Assembly (NCBI GenBank): GCA_963668695.2
Contig: CAXXLQ010000004.1
Location: forward strand, 2,560,001 to 2,624,000
Origin: Vicinamibacteria bacterium
GTDB lineage: Bacteria > Acidobacteriota > Vicinamibacteria > Marinacidobacterales > Marinacidobacteraceae
Reading direction: 5' to 3'
Length of the DNA: 64,000 nucleotides
Shown here: piece by piece, positions 9,371 through 19,024 of the stretch
How the letters are laid out: every line of letters begins with the position of its first letter
How positions within the stretch are numbered: the stretch's first letter is position 1
Notes under the pieces: generated by a model
Databases searched by the model: none
Told to the model about the DNA's origin: nothing
Seen by the model: the letters and a program-made list of their open reading frames with translations, nothing else
Made by a program: the position numbers and the translations under genes

Positions 9371-10372
9371 TCAGGATTCGGTCGGAGGTTCGGGTACGAG
9401 CGCGCGGGCGCGCTTCGGGGGCAGGGCGCTCCAGAGAAGCTTCTTGCGGAGCACCCGGAAGTAGTTCGTTTCGGGCAGGCTGAGAAGCTGCATCCGGACT
9501 TCGGACTTGCGGACTCTGAGCGCGTCTCCGGGGAGCACGGGATAGCTCGCCTGCCCGTCGAACGTCACATGGACCTGCCGCCGGCGGCCCCGCAGCGTCA
9601 GGGTCAACTCCTCGGTGTCCGGGAAGACGACGGGCCGCTGGGTCAGGGTCAGCGGCACGATGGGGGCCAGAATGATCGCCTCGACGGCGGGATGAACCAC
9701 CGGTCCCCCGGCCCCGATGTTGTAAGCGGTGGATCCGGTCGGAGTCGCGATGATGACGCCGTCGCCGAGCACGGTGGCTACGAAGCCATGGGCGGTCGTG
9801 ATGCGTACCTCGAGCACGCGGGCGATCGCGCTTCCGGTGATGACCACGTCATTCACGGACATCTCCTCGAGCAGGGTCTCGCCCTCCCGGAGGAGGGAGA
9901 TCCGCAGCGTCGTGCGTTCGTCCACAACTCCCTGGCCCGCCAGGATCTTCTCCAGTCCCGGGTACAACTGGTCGATCGGCGCGTTCGTGAGGAAGCCGAG
10001 GCTCCCCAGATTGACGCCGAAGATCGGGACCTGATGGTCGCCCATCGCGCGCGCCGCCGAGAGGAGGGTGCCGTCACCTCCGAGAACCAGCACCATGTCC
10101 CGGTCCTCCCCGATCGCTTTGAGCGGAACCGAGCCTCCGTCGCCGCCGATCGACTCCGCGAGTTTTTCCTCCAGCGTGACGCTCACGCCTTGGCTCCGAA
10201 GCCAGCCGGCCAGCCCGCGCGTCGTCTCGGCAGTCTCGGGCGCGACAATCTTGGCGACGATCCCGACGCGAAGGTCCCTCTCTGCCGGAGGAACGAAAGA
10301 CCGGGCTTTCGACTGGACGGCCCCACGCCGGCGGGAACGGGAGTTGCGGCGCCCGGCGGCGGCCTGGGGCAT
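9371..10372 (-). CDS. nadK: NAD(+) kinase
   Basis: VLGGDGTLL, GVNLGSLGFL and ATPTGSTAY motifs; start uncertain. Confidence 0.95.
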   Translation of the reverse strand: MPQAAAGRRNSRSRRRGAVQSKARSFVPPAERDLRVGIVAKIVAPETAETTRGLAGWLRSQGVSVTLEEKLAESIGGDGGSVPLKAIGEDRDMVLVLGGDGTLLSAARAMGDHQVPIFGVNLGSLGFLTNAPIDQLYPGLEKILAGQGVVDERTTLRISLLREGETLLEEMSVNDVVITGSAIARVLEVRITTAHGFVATVLGDGVIIATPTGSTAYNIGAGGPVVHPAVEAIILAPIVPLTLTQRPVVFPDTEELTLTLRGRRRQVHVTFDGQASYPVLPGDALRVRKSEVRMQLLSLPETNYFRVLRKKLLWSALPPKRARALVPEPPTES

Positions 10373-10383
10373 CGGCAGGGGAG

Positions 10384-11331
10384 TCAGGCCGTCCGGTGGA
10401 GGATGCGGTCCGTCAACAACCGGAGGAGATGGATTCCCGCGAACTTTACGGGTGGTCCGGATCCGGCACTGGCCTCGTCCAGCAGACTGCGGGCCATCGC
10501 GGCGCGGCGGGACGCTTCCGCGCGGGCCGCTTCCAACCCATGGATCGCCGGATAGGTGGCCTTCCCGGCGGCGCGATCCTTGCCGGCTGACTTGCCGAGC
10601 CTGGCGCTGGTTTGCTCTTCGTCCAGCAGGTCATCCACGATCTGAAACATGAGTCCGAGTTCTCGCCCGAAACCCCCGAGGGTATCCGCCTGCCAGGTGG
10701 TGCCTCCCCCGGCAAACGCACCCAGTGCGACCGATGCGGAGATCAGCGCTCCGGTCTTCCCCCGGTGAATCGCTTCCAGCCCCCGGGCGTCGGGGGTTCG
10801 GGTTTCCGCCTCCATGTCGAGAACCTGGCCGCCCACCATCCCGTCGGGCCCGGCAGCGACGGCCAGACGCTTCACACACTCGAGCCGTATCTCCGGCGGC
10901 GCGTCGCTGCCTGCGATGGTGTCGAAGGCGAGGGTGTGAAGCGCGTCTCCGGCGAGTACGGCGATCGCCTCGCCGAACCGGACGTGGACCGTCGGCTGTC
11001 CGCGCCTCAGGTCGTCGTTGTCCATGCACGGCAGATCGTCGTGGATCAGCGAGTAGGTGTGAACCATCTCGAGCGCGCTGGCCACCGGGAGGGCGTTGTG
11101 GCTCTTCCCGCCCACCGCGATCGCTGATGCCATCGCCAGCGCCGGCCGGATTCGTTTTCCCCCGCCGAGGACGGCATGGCGCATGGCGCTGGCGAGCGTT
11201 GCCGTAGGGCCGGTCGCCGGTGGGAGCACGCCATCGAGAAAGGCGTCCACCTCCCGCGCGCAGTCGGCGAGGAAATCCCCCAGATCGACGGGCCGCACCG
11301 CCGCCGGGCTGCCGGCGTCAGAAAGGAGCAT
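10384..11331 (-). CDS. ispA: Farnesyl/geranylgeranyl diphosphate synthase
   Basis: GGKRIRP, SLIHDDLPCMDNDDLRRG, KTGAL and FQIVDDLLD motifs; xseB-ispA synteny. Confidence 0.95.
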   Translation of the reverse strand: MLLSDAGSPAAVRPVDLGDFLADCAREVDAFLDGVLPPATGPTATLASAMRHAVLGGGKRIRPALAMASAIAVGGKSHNALPVASALEMVHTYSLIHDDLPCMDNDDLRRGQPTVHVRFGEAIAVLAGDALHTLAFDTIAGSDAPPEIRLECVKRLAVAAGPDGMVGGQVLDMEAETRTPDARGLEAIHRGKTGALISASVALGAFAGGGTTWQADTLGGFGRELGLMFQIVDDLLDEEQTSARLGKSAGKDRAAGKATYPAIHGLEAARAEASRRAAMARSLLDEASAGSGPPVKFAGIHLLRLLTDRILHRTA

Positions 11332-11830
11332 CGGAGTCGGGGTCTTCCCCCGCCTGGCGGGCCGCTGGCGGGGCGGCGCCGGAGGTGGTGCCGGAGGTGG
11401 TACCGGTTTGGGTGATCTGCTCCTGGGCGGCGCCGAGAATCGCTTCGCAGCGGGCTGCCAGCCGCTGAGCCTCCCCGTGGAGGTCGATGACTCGCGCCAG
11501 CGGCAGATCCTCGTTCTCGAGGGTGTTCACGACCTCGGCCAGCCGGTCCCGTACCGCTTCGTACGGCTCCCTTGGGCCTTCGCCGGCGCTTGGTCCCGGC
11601 GGGCCGGCGTCGTTCCCGGCGTCATTCGCCGCCTTGCTGGTCGCCTTGCGGGCCGCTTCCACGATGGCCTCGAGTCTCCGGTGCATGGAGGCCGCGCGAG
11701 CATGGAGCTGCAATCGTTCTTCGAGCGCGACGGCCGGGTCTTCGAGCTGCGCGGTCACCGCCTTCAGTTCGGCCTCCACCGACTCGAAGCTCGGTTCCGG
11801 CGGCGGGGCGGTACTGCCGGATTCGGTCAT
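11318..11830 (-). CDS. xseB: Exodeoxyribonuclease VII small subunit with two tandem XseB-like domains
   Basis: SFESVEAELKAVTAQLEDPAVALEE and PYEAVRDRLAEVVNTLENEDLPLAR...RCEAILGAAQEQI; lies between xseA and ispA. Confidence 0.8.
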   Translation of the reverse strand: MTESGSTAPPPEPSFESVEAELKAVTAQLEDPAVALEERLQLHARAASMHRRLEAIVEAARKATSKAANDAGNDAGPPGPSAGEGPREPYEAVRDRLAEVVNTLENEDLPLARVIDLHGEAQRLAARCEAILGAAQEQITQTGTTSGTTSGAAPPAARQAGEDPDSDAPF

Positions 11831-13464
11831 GACGGGTTTCCTTCGGGATTCTGCCCCGCGGAGCGGGGTGCTGCGGGACCTGTGCCCGACAGTTCGCGCG
11901 GGGGCCGCACTGACTCGACGGCCGCGCCGAGTTCACCATCCCCAAGCAGCAACCGTAGCCGATCGCCGACGCGGACGGTCTTGCTGGAAACGAGCGCGCG
12001 TCCTCCGGAGTCCAGCGCCAGGCTGTAGCCGCGCCGTAGAACGACCCGCGGGTCAAGGGCGTCCAGATTCTGGCCGATTCTCTCGGCAATGAAGGAGCGG
12101 CGCTCCAGACACCTCTCCAGCGAGGCGCGCTGCCGGGTGCGGCGGTCGGCAAGGGCGGCGCGCTCCGATTCCAGGAGCCGGGGCAGGGGTTGTGCGGAAA
12201 CCCGGCGCCGCGTGGCTTCGAGCCGCTCCTCCTGATCCCGGAGCAGCGGCAATCCCGCGAGGCGCTCGCGGAGCCGGCTCAACTGGGCGAACTGGCCCGC
12301 GAGTTTCTGGGCCGGGTGGTTTTGCTCGAGCCGCGCGCGGACCGTTCGCAGTCGCTCTTCGCTGCTCTGGATCGTGCGCTCCGCCGCAGCGAGCGCGATG
12401 GAACGATCCTGTTGCCGGCTTTGTCGTTCCTGCTCGAGCCACCCGGGCAGCGCCGTGGTCGCCCGGTGCGTGAGGAAAGTCGCCACCCGATCCTGCGCTG
12501 CGCTCAGGACCCGGCGCGCCACGGTTTCGGCCACCCTCCGGCGATCCTCGATCTCCCGAAGCAGATCGCTCCGCTCGGGGAGGATTTCCCGAGCTGCCGC
12601 CGAGGGCGTGCTGCAGCGACGATCGGCTACCCGGTCGAGGAGCGGCCGATTCTGCTCGTGGCCGATCGCGCTGACGAGCGGCACGGGGCAGGCGGCCGCG
12701 GCGCGCACCACGATCTCGTCGCTGAAGGGGAGGAGATCCTCCACCGACCCGCCGCCCCGGGCCACCACGATGACGTCGAGCGCTTCGCGGCCCAGAGCAC
12801 GAATCCCGGCGGCCAGCGCCGCCGGCGCGGCGGGCCCCTGTACCGGTGCGAAGTGTTCCCGGATCATGACCCCGGGAAAGCGGGTGCGGGCCGCTCGTGT
12901 GAAGTCGGCCCAGGCGTCGCTTCCCGCAGCGGTCAGGAGTCCGATCCGGAGCGGGAGAAAGGGGAGGGGACGTTTCCTTGCGGGATCGAACAGGCCTTCG
13001 CGCTCGAGGCGCGCCTCCCTTTCCAGGAGTTGCTGGAGCAGCGTCCCGATCCCGGCCTTCTCGAGGCGCTGGACCTGAAACTGGTAGCGGCTCTTCCCCT
13101 CGTACAGGCGCAACCGGCCGAAGGCGCGAATCCGGTCCCCCGGCTCGGGAGTGAAGGCGAAGCTCCGGGCGTCAGTGGCCCACGCCACGGCTTCGAGGAC
13201 GGTTGTTTCTTCGCGAAGGGACAGGTAGAGGTGGCCGCTTCGCGGGCGGCTCACCTGGGAAAGTTCCCCCTCGATCCAGAAGCTCCGGGGAAATCCGTCC
13301 TCGAGCACCTCGCGGATGCGGGCGCTGATTTCCCGGACCGAGTACGGAGCCCCGGAAGACCCCGGCCGGGCTGCGGCTACCGTCTCGATCCGGGGTTCCG
13401 CCGGCGGCGGGGAAACGGGTGGGGCCGGAGACGGCGGCTGTCCGAAGAGAGAGCGGCGCGTCAT
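11827..13464 (-). CDS. xseA: Exodeoxyribonuclease VII large subunit
   Basis: WIEGELS..SGHLYLSL, ARGGGSVEDL, SAIGHE and LDPRVVLRRGYS motifs. Confidence 0.95.
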   Translation of the reverse strand: MTRRSLFGQPPSPAPPVSPPPAEPRIETVAAARPGSSGAPYSVREISARIREVLEDGFPRSFWIEGELSQVSRPRSGHLYLSLREETTVLEAVAWATDARSFAFTPEPGDRIRAFGRLRLYEGKSRYQFQVQRLEKAGIGTLLQQLLEREARLEREGLFDPARKRPLPFLPLRIGLLTAAGSDAWADFTRAARTRFPGVMIREHFAPVQGPAAPAALAAGIRALGREALDVIVVARGGGSVEDLLPFSDEIVVRAAAACPVPLVSAIGHEQNRPLLDRVADRRCSTPSAAAREILPERSDLLREIEDRRRVAETVARRVLSAAQDRVATFLTHRATTALPGWLEQERQSRQQDRSIALAAAERTIQSSEERLRTVRARLEQNHPAQKLAGQFAQLSRLRERLAGLPLLRDQEERLEATRRRVSAQPLPRLLESERAALADRRTRQRASLERCLERRSFIAERIGQNLDALDPRVVLRRGYSLALDSGGRALVSSKTVRVGDRLRLLLGDGELGAAVESVRPPRELSGTGPAAPRSAGQNPEGNPS

Positions 13465-13504
13465 CGTCCTCCGGATGCTATTCCGGCGGAAGACCGGCTG
13501 CTAG

Positions 13505-14206
13505 CTAACCGCGGCCCCGGCGGCGGGCCCGGCGCTCCGCCTCGGCTGCCTTCCGCTCGGCGCGTTCCTGCTTACGGAGCTCCCGGGCGGCTTCTTTCTC
13601 GCGCTCGCGGACCGCGTTCATCGTGCGGGACAGAAGGCGGGTGATGGCCGACTGCGCCTGGCCGCTGGTGCCTTGCTTGTCCGCCATGTGTTCCACCACC
13701 AGCCACTTGCGGATACGGGAGCGGCGCTTCTCCTCTTCCCGGCTGATGGTCTTCAGCTCGTGGCGCAGGTGGAGGCGCTTCAACGCGGTTGCGAGGCTCG
13801 ACGCGGTCCCTTCGCGCTCCTGGGCCGTGATCTGGTCCAGGCGCTCGGAGGCGTCGTCGATGGTCGGATCGAAGTCCGAACCGAGGATGCCCTCGATCAC
13901 CCCCGGGGAGTCCCCGGAGTGGCGGATGCCTCGAGACACCAAATGGCCAACCGGAACCAGAACGCGATTCCCGGTCGAGGAATCCTGCGGGGTGAGTTCC
14001 AGCAGTTCCAGGCCGCTCGCTGCGTCCTGAATCACATCCCCGACGTGACAGTGGCCGATCTGGGGATAGAAGATCAGATCTCCCGCCTCGAAAACGCCCG
14101 GGACCGGACCGCCGCCGTCCGCACCCTCTTCGGACAGCTCTTCCTCGGCCGGTTCTTCCTCGGCCGGTTCTTCCTCGGCCGGTTCTTCCTCGGATACCGT
14201 CTCCAT
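13505..14206 (-). CDS. CarD/CdnL-like transcription factor with acidic N-terminal repeats
   Basis: FEAGDLIFYPQIG...VLVPV...GIR matches the CarD/TRCF RNAP-interaction pattern; EEEPA x3; basic C-terminus; GGAG before ATG 14206. Confidence 0.65.
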   Translation of the reverse strand: METVSEEEPAEEEPAEEEPAEEELSEEGADGGGPVPGVFEAGDLIFYPQIGHCHVGDVIQDAASGLELLELTPQDSSTGNRVLVPVGHLVSRGIRHSGDSPGVIEGILGSDFDPTIDDASERLDQITAQEREGTASSLATALKRLHLRHELKTISREEEKRRSRIRKWLVVEHMADKQGTSGQAQSAITRLLSRTMNAVREREKEAARELRKQERAERKAAEAERRARRRGRG

Positions 14207-14299
14207 GAGGTCGGCTCCCCCTTCCTGCGCGACCGTCAATTTCTTGGGCGAGGTAGCGGATTCAGATCAGGAGGCGACGGAAGATGCAAGGGACTCACT

Positions 14300-14308
14300 A
14301 TTTTACCA
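14300..14308 (-). promoter_or_regulatory. Extended -10 promoter (TGgTAAAAT) for the carD-like/xseAB/ispA/nadK operon
   Basis: TGnTAAAAT about 95 nt upstream of the start, in a GC-rich background. Confidence 0.5.
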
Positions 14309-14414
14309 CGCTGCTTCCGCGCACGGCGGTCCCGCGCGAACCCCTACCGGGAGAACTGGGCCCCGCGACTCCTGTCCACGGCCGGCTGGCAGCGGTGGTC
14401 AGGCGCACGAGTTG

Positions 14415-15411
14415 AGCAGCCCGCAGACAAAGTCGCGCGGCGTTCGTGCGGCGATCCATCCCGGCCAAACAGCCTGTGGTGGAACCCACGCGGCCCAGTT
14501 CTCCCGGTGGGGGCTCGGCCAGCGATCCATCCCGGCCAAACAACCGGTGATGAAACCCACGCGGCCCAGTTCTCCCGGTGGGGGCTCGGCCGGCGATCCA
14601 TCCCGGCCAAACAACCGGTGATGAAACCCACGCGGCCCAGTTCTCCCGGTGGGGGCTCGGCCGGCGATCCATCCCGGCCAAACAGCCTGTAATGAAACCC
14701 GCGTGGCCCAGTTCCATCCCGGCCAAACAGCCTGTAATGAAACCCGCGTGGCGTTCGGCCGGCGATCCATCCCGGCTGAACCGCGTCGCTGCGCGCCGCT
14801 CGTCGTTGCGTTTCGGTCGAAATACACTAGGTATTCCTCCCTCACGCGCCTTGTCAGCCGGACCCCCACCGGGAGAACTGGGCCTCGCCGGCCTCGGCGC
14901 TCACGCGGGTTCCACCACCGGCTGTTCACCGCGTCGCTTCGCGTCGCTCATCGTTGCGTTTCGGTCGCAATACACGCGGTATTCCTCCCTCACGCGCCTT
15001 GTCAGCCGGGCGCCTCGCCCCCACCGGGAGGACTGGCCGACCTCGGCGCTCACGTGGGTTCCACCACCGGCTGTTCACCGCGTCGCTACGCGCCGCTCAT
15101 CGTTGCGTTTCGGTCGCAATACACCCGGGCCAGTTCTCTGGGGGCTCCTCCCTCACGCGCCTTGTCAGCCGGGCGCCTCGCCCCCACCGGGAGGACTGGC
15201 CGGCCTCGGCGCTCACGCGGATTCCACGACCGGCTGTTCACCGCGTCGCTGCGCGGCGCTCATCGTTGCGTTTCGGTCGCAATACACCCGGGCCAGTTCT
15301 CCCGGTGGGGGCTCCTCCCTCGCGCGCCTTGTCAGCCGGGCGCCTCGCCCCCACCGGGAGAACTGGGCCTCGCCGCTCTCGGCGCTCGCGCCACTTTATC
15401 CACAGGCTGCT
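14415..15411. mobile_element. Compound family-A MITE array with 71 bp tandem units and three to four core copies
   Basis: Outer ends AGCAGCCCGCAGACAAAGT / ACTTTATCCACAGGCTGCT; 18-mer at 14495, 14566 and 14637 (period 71). Confidence 0.85.
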
Positions 15412-15896
15412 AGCGCGGCGTCGTAGTCCGGTTCTTCCTTGATTTCCGGAACGAGCTGGGAATAGCCGACCTTGCCGTCCGGGCCCACCACGACCACCGC
15501 CCGCGCCAGGAGTCCGGCGAGCGGCCCCTCCGTGATTGTGAGGCCGTATGCCTCACCGAACGAACTGCCGCGCATCTCCGAGACGCAGCGGACCGCCTCG
15601 ATGTCCTCGGCGGCGCAGAAACGCCCGTGGGCGAACGGGAGATCCCGCGATACGCACAGGACGGTCACCCCCTCGAGGGCGGCGGCTTCTTCGTTGAAGC
15701 GCCGGACCGAGGCCGCGCACACGGGGGTGTCCACGCTCGGGAAAATGTTAAGGATCAGCCGCTGCCCGGCGTAGTCGCGGAGCGCAACGTCACCGAGGTC
15801 GCCGCCGGTAAGCGTGAAATCGGGAGCGGTGTCTCCAGCCTTGGGAACATCTCCCGAAATGGCGAACGGGGTGCCGCCAAGCGTGACGGTAGCCAT
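15396..15896 (-). CDS. tpx: Thiol peroxidase (atypical 2-Cys peroxiredoxin)
   Basis: NIFPSVDTPVCAASVRRFN, SRDLPFAHGRFC and EPDYDAAL motifs; AGGAGG RBS. Confidence 0.97.
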   Translation of the reverse strand: MATVTLGGTPFAISGDVPKAGDTAPDFTLTGGDLGDVALRDYAGQRLILNIFPSVDTPVCAASVRRFNEEAAALEGVTVLCVSRDLPFAHGRFCAAEDIEAVRCVSEMRGSSFGEAYGLTITEGPLAGLLARAVVVVGPDGKVGYSQLVPEIKEEPDYDAALAACG

Positions 15897-15924
15897 GACC
15901 TGTCTCCTCCTTGAGAAAAAGGTG

Positions 15925-16107
15925 AGGAGCCTGTCCCGGTAATAGCACGGCATTCGACCGGCGATGCATCCCGGCTGAACCGCGCCGCTTTGCGGCGCTC
16001 ATCGTTGCGCTTCGGTCGAAATACACTCGGTATTCCTCCCTCACGCGCCTCGTCAGCCGGGCGCCTCACCGGTCTCGGTGCTCCCGCTATTACCGGGACA
16101 GACTCCT
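15925..16107. mobile_element. Family-A MITE-like element lacking the 18-mer (empty-site reference)
   Basis: 22 bp inverted ends AGGAGCCTGTCCCGGTAATAGC / GCTATTACCGGGACAGACTCCT, ending at CTAG. Confidence 0.8.
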
Positions 16108-16230
16108 AGCCCCCGGGATTCACGGGACGGGATCCCTGAAAACCGGGGGCGATCCGGGTAGTGGAGAAAGCGGAACGGGCCGCTTCTGACCGGGTAGGAT
16201 AGCAACCCGGCCGGCTGGGAGGCTCACATC

Positions 16231-17217
16231 ATGAAGACACTTGTTCCCCGTTCCATCACCGTTCCCGCGCCCACGCGCCCCGCGGGTTTCGGGCGGCTGC
16301 CGGTCGTGCTCGCGTTCGGGCTCGCGATGAGCCTCGCTGGTTGTTCCCCCCCGGAGGGAGGGGAGGAATCACCCGAAGAGGAAGGCGCCACCGGGATGAC
16401 GGAGGCCAGCGAAGCGGGGCCCTCGTGGAACCGGATCGCCTCGCTGTTGGCCGACGGTCAGGTTGTCTTCGGGATCTTTTCCGGGGAGAAGACTCCGGAA
16501 ACCGCGATGGAGATGGCGAAGTTGGAGTTGGCGGATTTCATCTTCTATTCGCTCGAAACGGGGCCTTTCGATCTCACCACCATGGCAACGTATCAGGAGG
16601 CCCTGTCCCCGCCCGACTCCCGCGGAGCCGCTAATCCTCATCCGATCGCGTTGCGCATCCCGCCCATCCGCGACGGGATGGACGAAGCCGCGGAGCGAAC
16701 GGCTGCCGGGCTCGACGCCGGGGCGTATTCGATCGTCTTTCCGCATGTCGAGAACGCTGACGAGGCGCGGCAGGCGGTGGCCTCGATGCGGCCGGTCCGC
16801 GCCGGCGGGCTGCGGGGCGACCCGGACGCCGAGGCGGCGCGGGTGTTTGGAGTCTCCCCGGAGGATTACGCAGCGCGCGCCGACATCTGGCCTCTGGACC
16901 CCCGGGGAGAACTGGTGAGCATGGTGCTGATCGAGGACCAGGTGGGGGTAGCGAACGCGCTCGACATCGTCAGGGTGCCCGGAGTGAGCGTTGCGTTTCC
17001 CGGTCCCGGCGATCTGCGGCGCGCTTACGAGGGCGACATGGAGTCGGTGGAAGGTGCGATCCAGACCGTGCTGGCCGCCTGCCTGGAGGCTGGCGTTCCT
17101 TGCGGGATCACGGCGGGTCCCGATGACATCGCCATGCGGATCGAGCAGGGATTCCGCGTCTTTATCGTGACTTCTCCGGACGCCCTGGCCGTCGGCCACC
17201 AGGCCGCCGGCCGCTAG
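16231..17217 (+). CDS. HpcH/HpaI aldolase/citrate lyase family protein with predicted lipoprotein signal
   Basis: LDAGAYSIVFPHVENADEARQAV, VLIED..GVAN and GPGDL motifs; lipobox SLAG-C. Confidence 0.8.
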   Translation: MKTLVPRSITVPAPTRPAGFGRLPVVLAFGLAMSLAGCSPPEGGEESPEEEGATGMTEASEAGPSWNRIASLLADGQVVFGIFSGEKTPETAMEMAKLELADFIFYSLETGPFDLTTMATYQEALSPPDSRGAANPHPIALRIPPIRDGMDEAAERTAAGLDAGAYSIVFPHVENADEARQAVASMRPVRAGGLRGDPDAEAARVFGVSPEDYAARADIWPLDPRGELVSMVLIEDQVGVANALDIVRVPGVSVAFPGPGDLRRAYEGDMESVEGAIQTVLAACLEAGVPCGITAGPDDIAMRIEQGFRVFIVTSPDALAVGHQAAGR

Positions 17218-17263
17218 ACGTTTCTCGGGAACACCGGCAACAAAGAACCGGAGGAAAGGACTC

Positions 17264-18607
17264 ATGTCCGAACACAACAAAGCAGCACTCCTCGAGCGGG
17301 ACGCCGAGCACCTGATCCATCCGATCCACAGCAACGCGGCGACCGCCGGGGGCCACGTTTGGGTCCGTGGGGAAGGGGCCCGGCTGTTCGACGCCGACGG
17401 CCGGGACTACGTGGACGCCCTTTCCGGACTCTGGAACGTCTTTATCGGGCACGGTCGGGGGGAACTGGCCGACGCCGCTGCGAACCAGATGCGCGAGCTC
17501 GGTTACGCCTCGGGGTACGCGGGCAGCACCAACCGGCGGGCCATCGCCCTGGCGGAGACGCTCGCCGAGATCGCCTATCCGAGCATCAACCGTTTCTTCC
17601 TCACCTCGGGCGGCGGAGAATCGACGGACTCCAGCATCAAGACCGCCCGCTACTACTGGAAGGTCCGCGGCAAGCCGGACAAGACCAAGGTCATCTCCCG
17701 CATCTGGGGCTATCACGGCGTGACGCTGGCGGCGATGTGCGCCACCGGCATCAGCGCCTACTGGCCGATGTTCGAGCCCCGGATTCCGGGCTTTCGGCAC
17801 ATCGGGTCACCGTATCCCTACTTCTACGATCCCCCGCCCGGGAAAACCCGGGGGGAGGCCGCCGCCGACGAACTGGAAACGGCGATTCTGGAAGAAGGGC
17901 CGGACACCGTGGCGATGTTCATCGCCGAGCCGATCCAGGGCGCGGGCGGGGTGATCATCCCCACCGACGACTACTTCCCCCGTATCCGGGAGATCTGCGA
18001 CCGCTACGAGGTGCTGCTCGTCTCCGACGAGGTCATCACCGGGTTCGGGCGCACCGGCACGATGTTCGGCCTGACCCACTGGGGGATCGAGCCCGACATC
18101 ATGCAGTTCGCCAAGGGGATCACCTCCGGATACATCCCCCTCGGGGGGATCGGGCTCTCCGACCGGGTGGCCGCAACGCTGGACACCGGCGATCAGGTCT
18201 GGATGCACGCCTATACCTACAGCGCCCATCCGGTGTGCTGCGCCGTCGCGCTCGAAAACCTCCGCATCATCCGTGAGGAGGGACTGGTCGAAATGGCGGC
18301 GGAGAAGGGCGCCGCGCTGATCCGCAATCTCGAGCAGGCGGTCGGCGGCCACCCTCACGTGGGTGAGGTTCGCGGGCAGGGTCTCATCGCCGGGGTCGAG
18401 GTGGTGGCCGACCGCGAGACCCGGGAACTCTTCCCGGCGTCCGAGAAAGTGGGCCCCCGCCTCCTGAAGGTGATCGACGATCACGGTGTCTTCAGCCGGA
18501 TGCGCGGCGACGTGTTCGTCTGCGCCCCGCCGGTCTGCTCCACTTCCGCCGATCTCGAGCAAATCGCCGACGCGGTGGCCGCCGCCCTCGGAGAGGTACT
18601 GGGCTAG
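17264..18607 (+). CDS. Class III (omega) aminotransferase
   Basis: YVDALSGLWNV, GYHGVT, AEPIQGAGG, DEVITGFGRTG and AKGITSGY (PLP Lys) motifs. Confidence 0.95.
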   Translation: MSEHNKAALLERDAEHLIHPIHSNAATAGGHVWVRGEGARLFDADGRDYVDALSGLWNVFIGHGRGELADAAANQMRELGYASGYAGSTNRRAIALAETLAEIAYPSINRFFLTSGGGESTDSSIKTARYYWKVRGKPDKTKVISRIWGYHGVTLAAMCATGISAYWPMFEPRIPGFRHIGSPYPYFYDPPPGKTRGEAAADELETAILEEGPDTVAMFIAEPIQGAGGVIIPTDDYFPRIREICDRYEVLLVSDEVITGFGRTGTMFGLTHWGIEPDIMQFAKGITSGYIPLGGIGLSDRVAATLDTGDQVWMHAYTYSAHPVCCAVALENLRIIREEGLVEMAAEKGAALIRNLEQAVGGHPHVGEVRGQGLIAGVEVVADRETRELFPASEKVGPRLLKVIDDHGVFSRMRGDVFVCAPPVCSTSADLEQIADAVAAALGEVLG

Positions 18608-18609
18608 GA

Positions 18610-18965
18610 GCGGCAGGAGCGCTTGGGAGCGCCGGTCTTCAGGCCCCCACCGGGAGAACTGGCCAGCATCGCCCGCGTAGCGGGCGCAACTCCCATCGCC
18701 CCCCCGAGCCGAAGCGCGAGGACGGCAGTCCCGCTCACCCCACTTCCACGACGTAGCTTCAGGCCCTCACCGGGAGAACTGGCCGGCATCGCCCGCGCAG
18801 CGGGCGAAACTCCCGTCGCCGCCCGAGCAGAAGCGCGAGGACGGCAGTCCCGCTCACCCCACTTCCACGACGTAGCTTCAGGCCCTCACCGGGAGAACTG
18901 GCCGGCATCGCCCGCGCAGCGGGCGCAACTCCCGTCGCCATCCGAGCAGAAGCGCGACGACGGCC
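18610..18965. repeat. Family-C REP-like repeat, three ~120 bp tandem units each carrying the 19 bp insert
   Basis: GGAGCGCCGGTCTTCAGGCC...GCATCGCCCGCG; motif at 18647, 18767 and 18886. Confidence 0.85.
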
Positions 18966-19024
18966 GTCCACTGACTACTTTTGTCACCCCGCGCGGTTAG
19001 CTTTGGTGTTCGAGGATGTCGGAA

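Noticed and set aside
14451-14760. CRISPR array suggested by regularly spaced repeats (71 bp period; also 24060-24230 and 18610-18965)
   Set aside because: The intervening sequences are near-identical rather than unique spacers, the units are parts of MITE/REP repeats, and no cas genes are in the window.
14205-15442. ORFs rich in PVLPVG / PHRENW / PPPGELG (also at 1.3, 9, 24, 56 and 57 kb)
   Set aside because: They are translations of non-coding repeats, open in several frames because of high GC.
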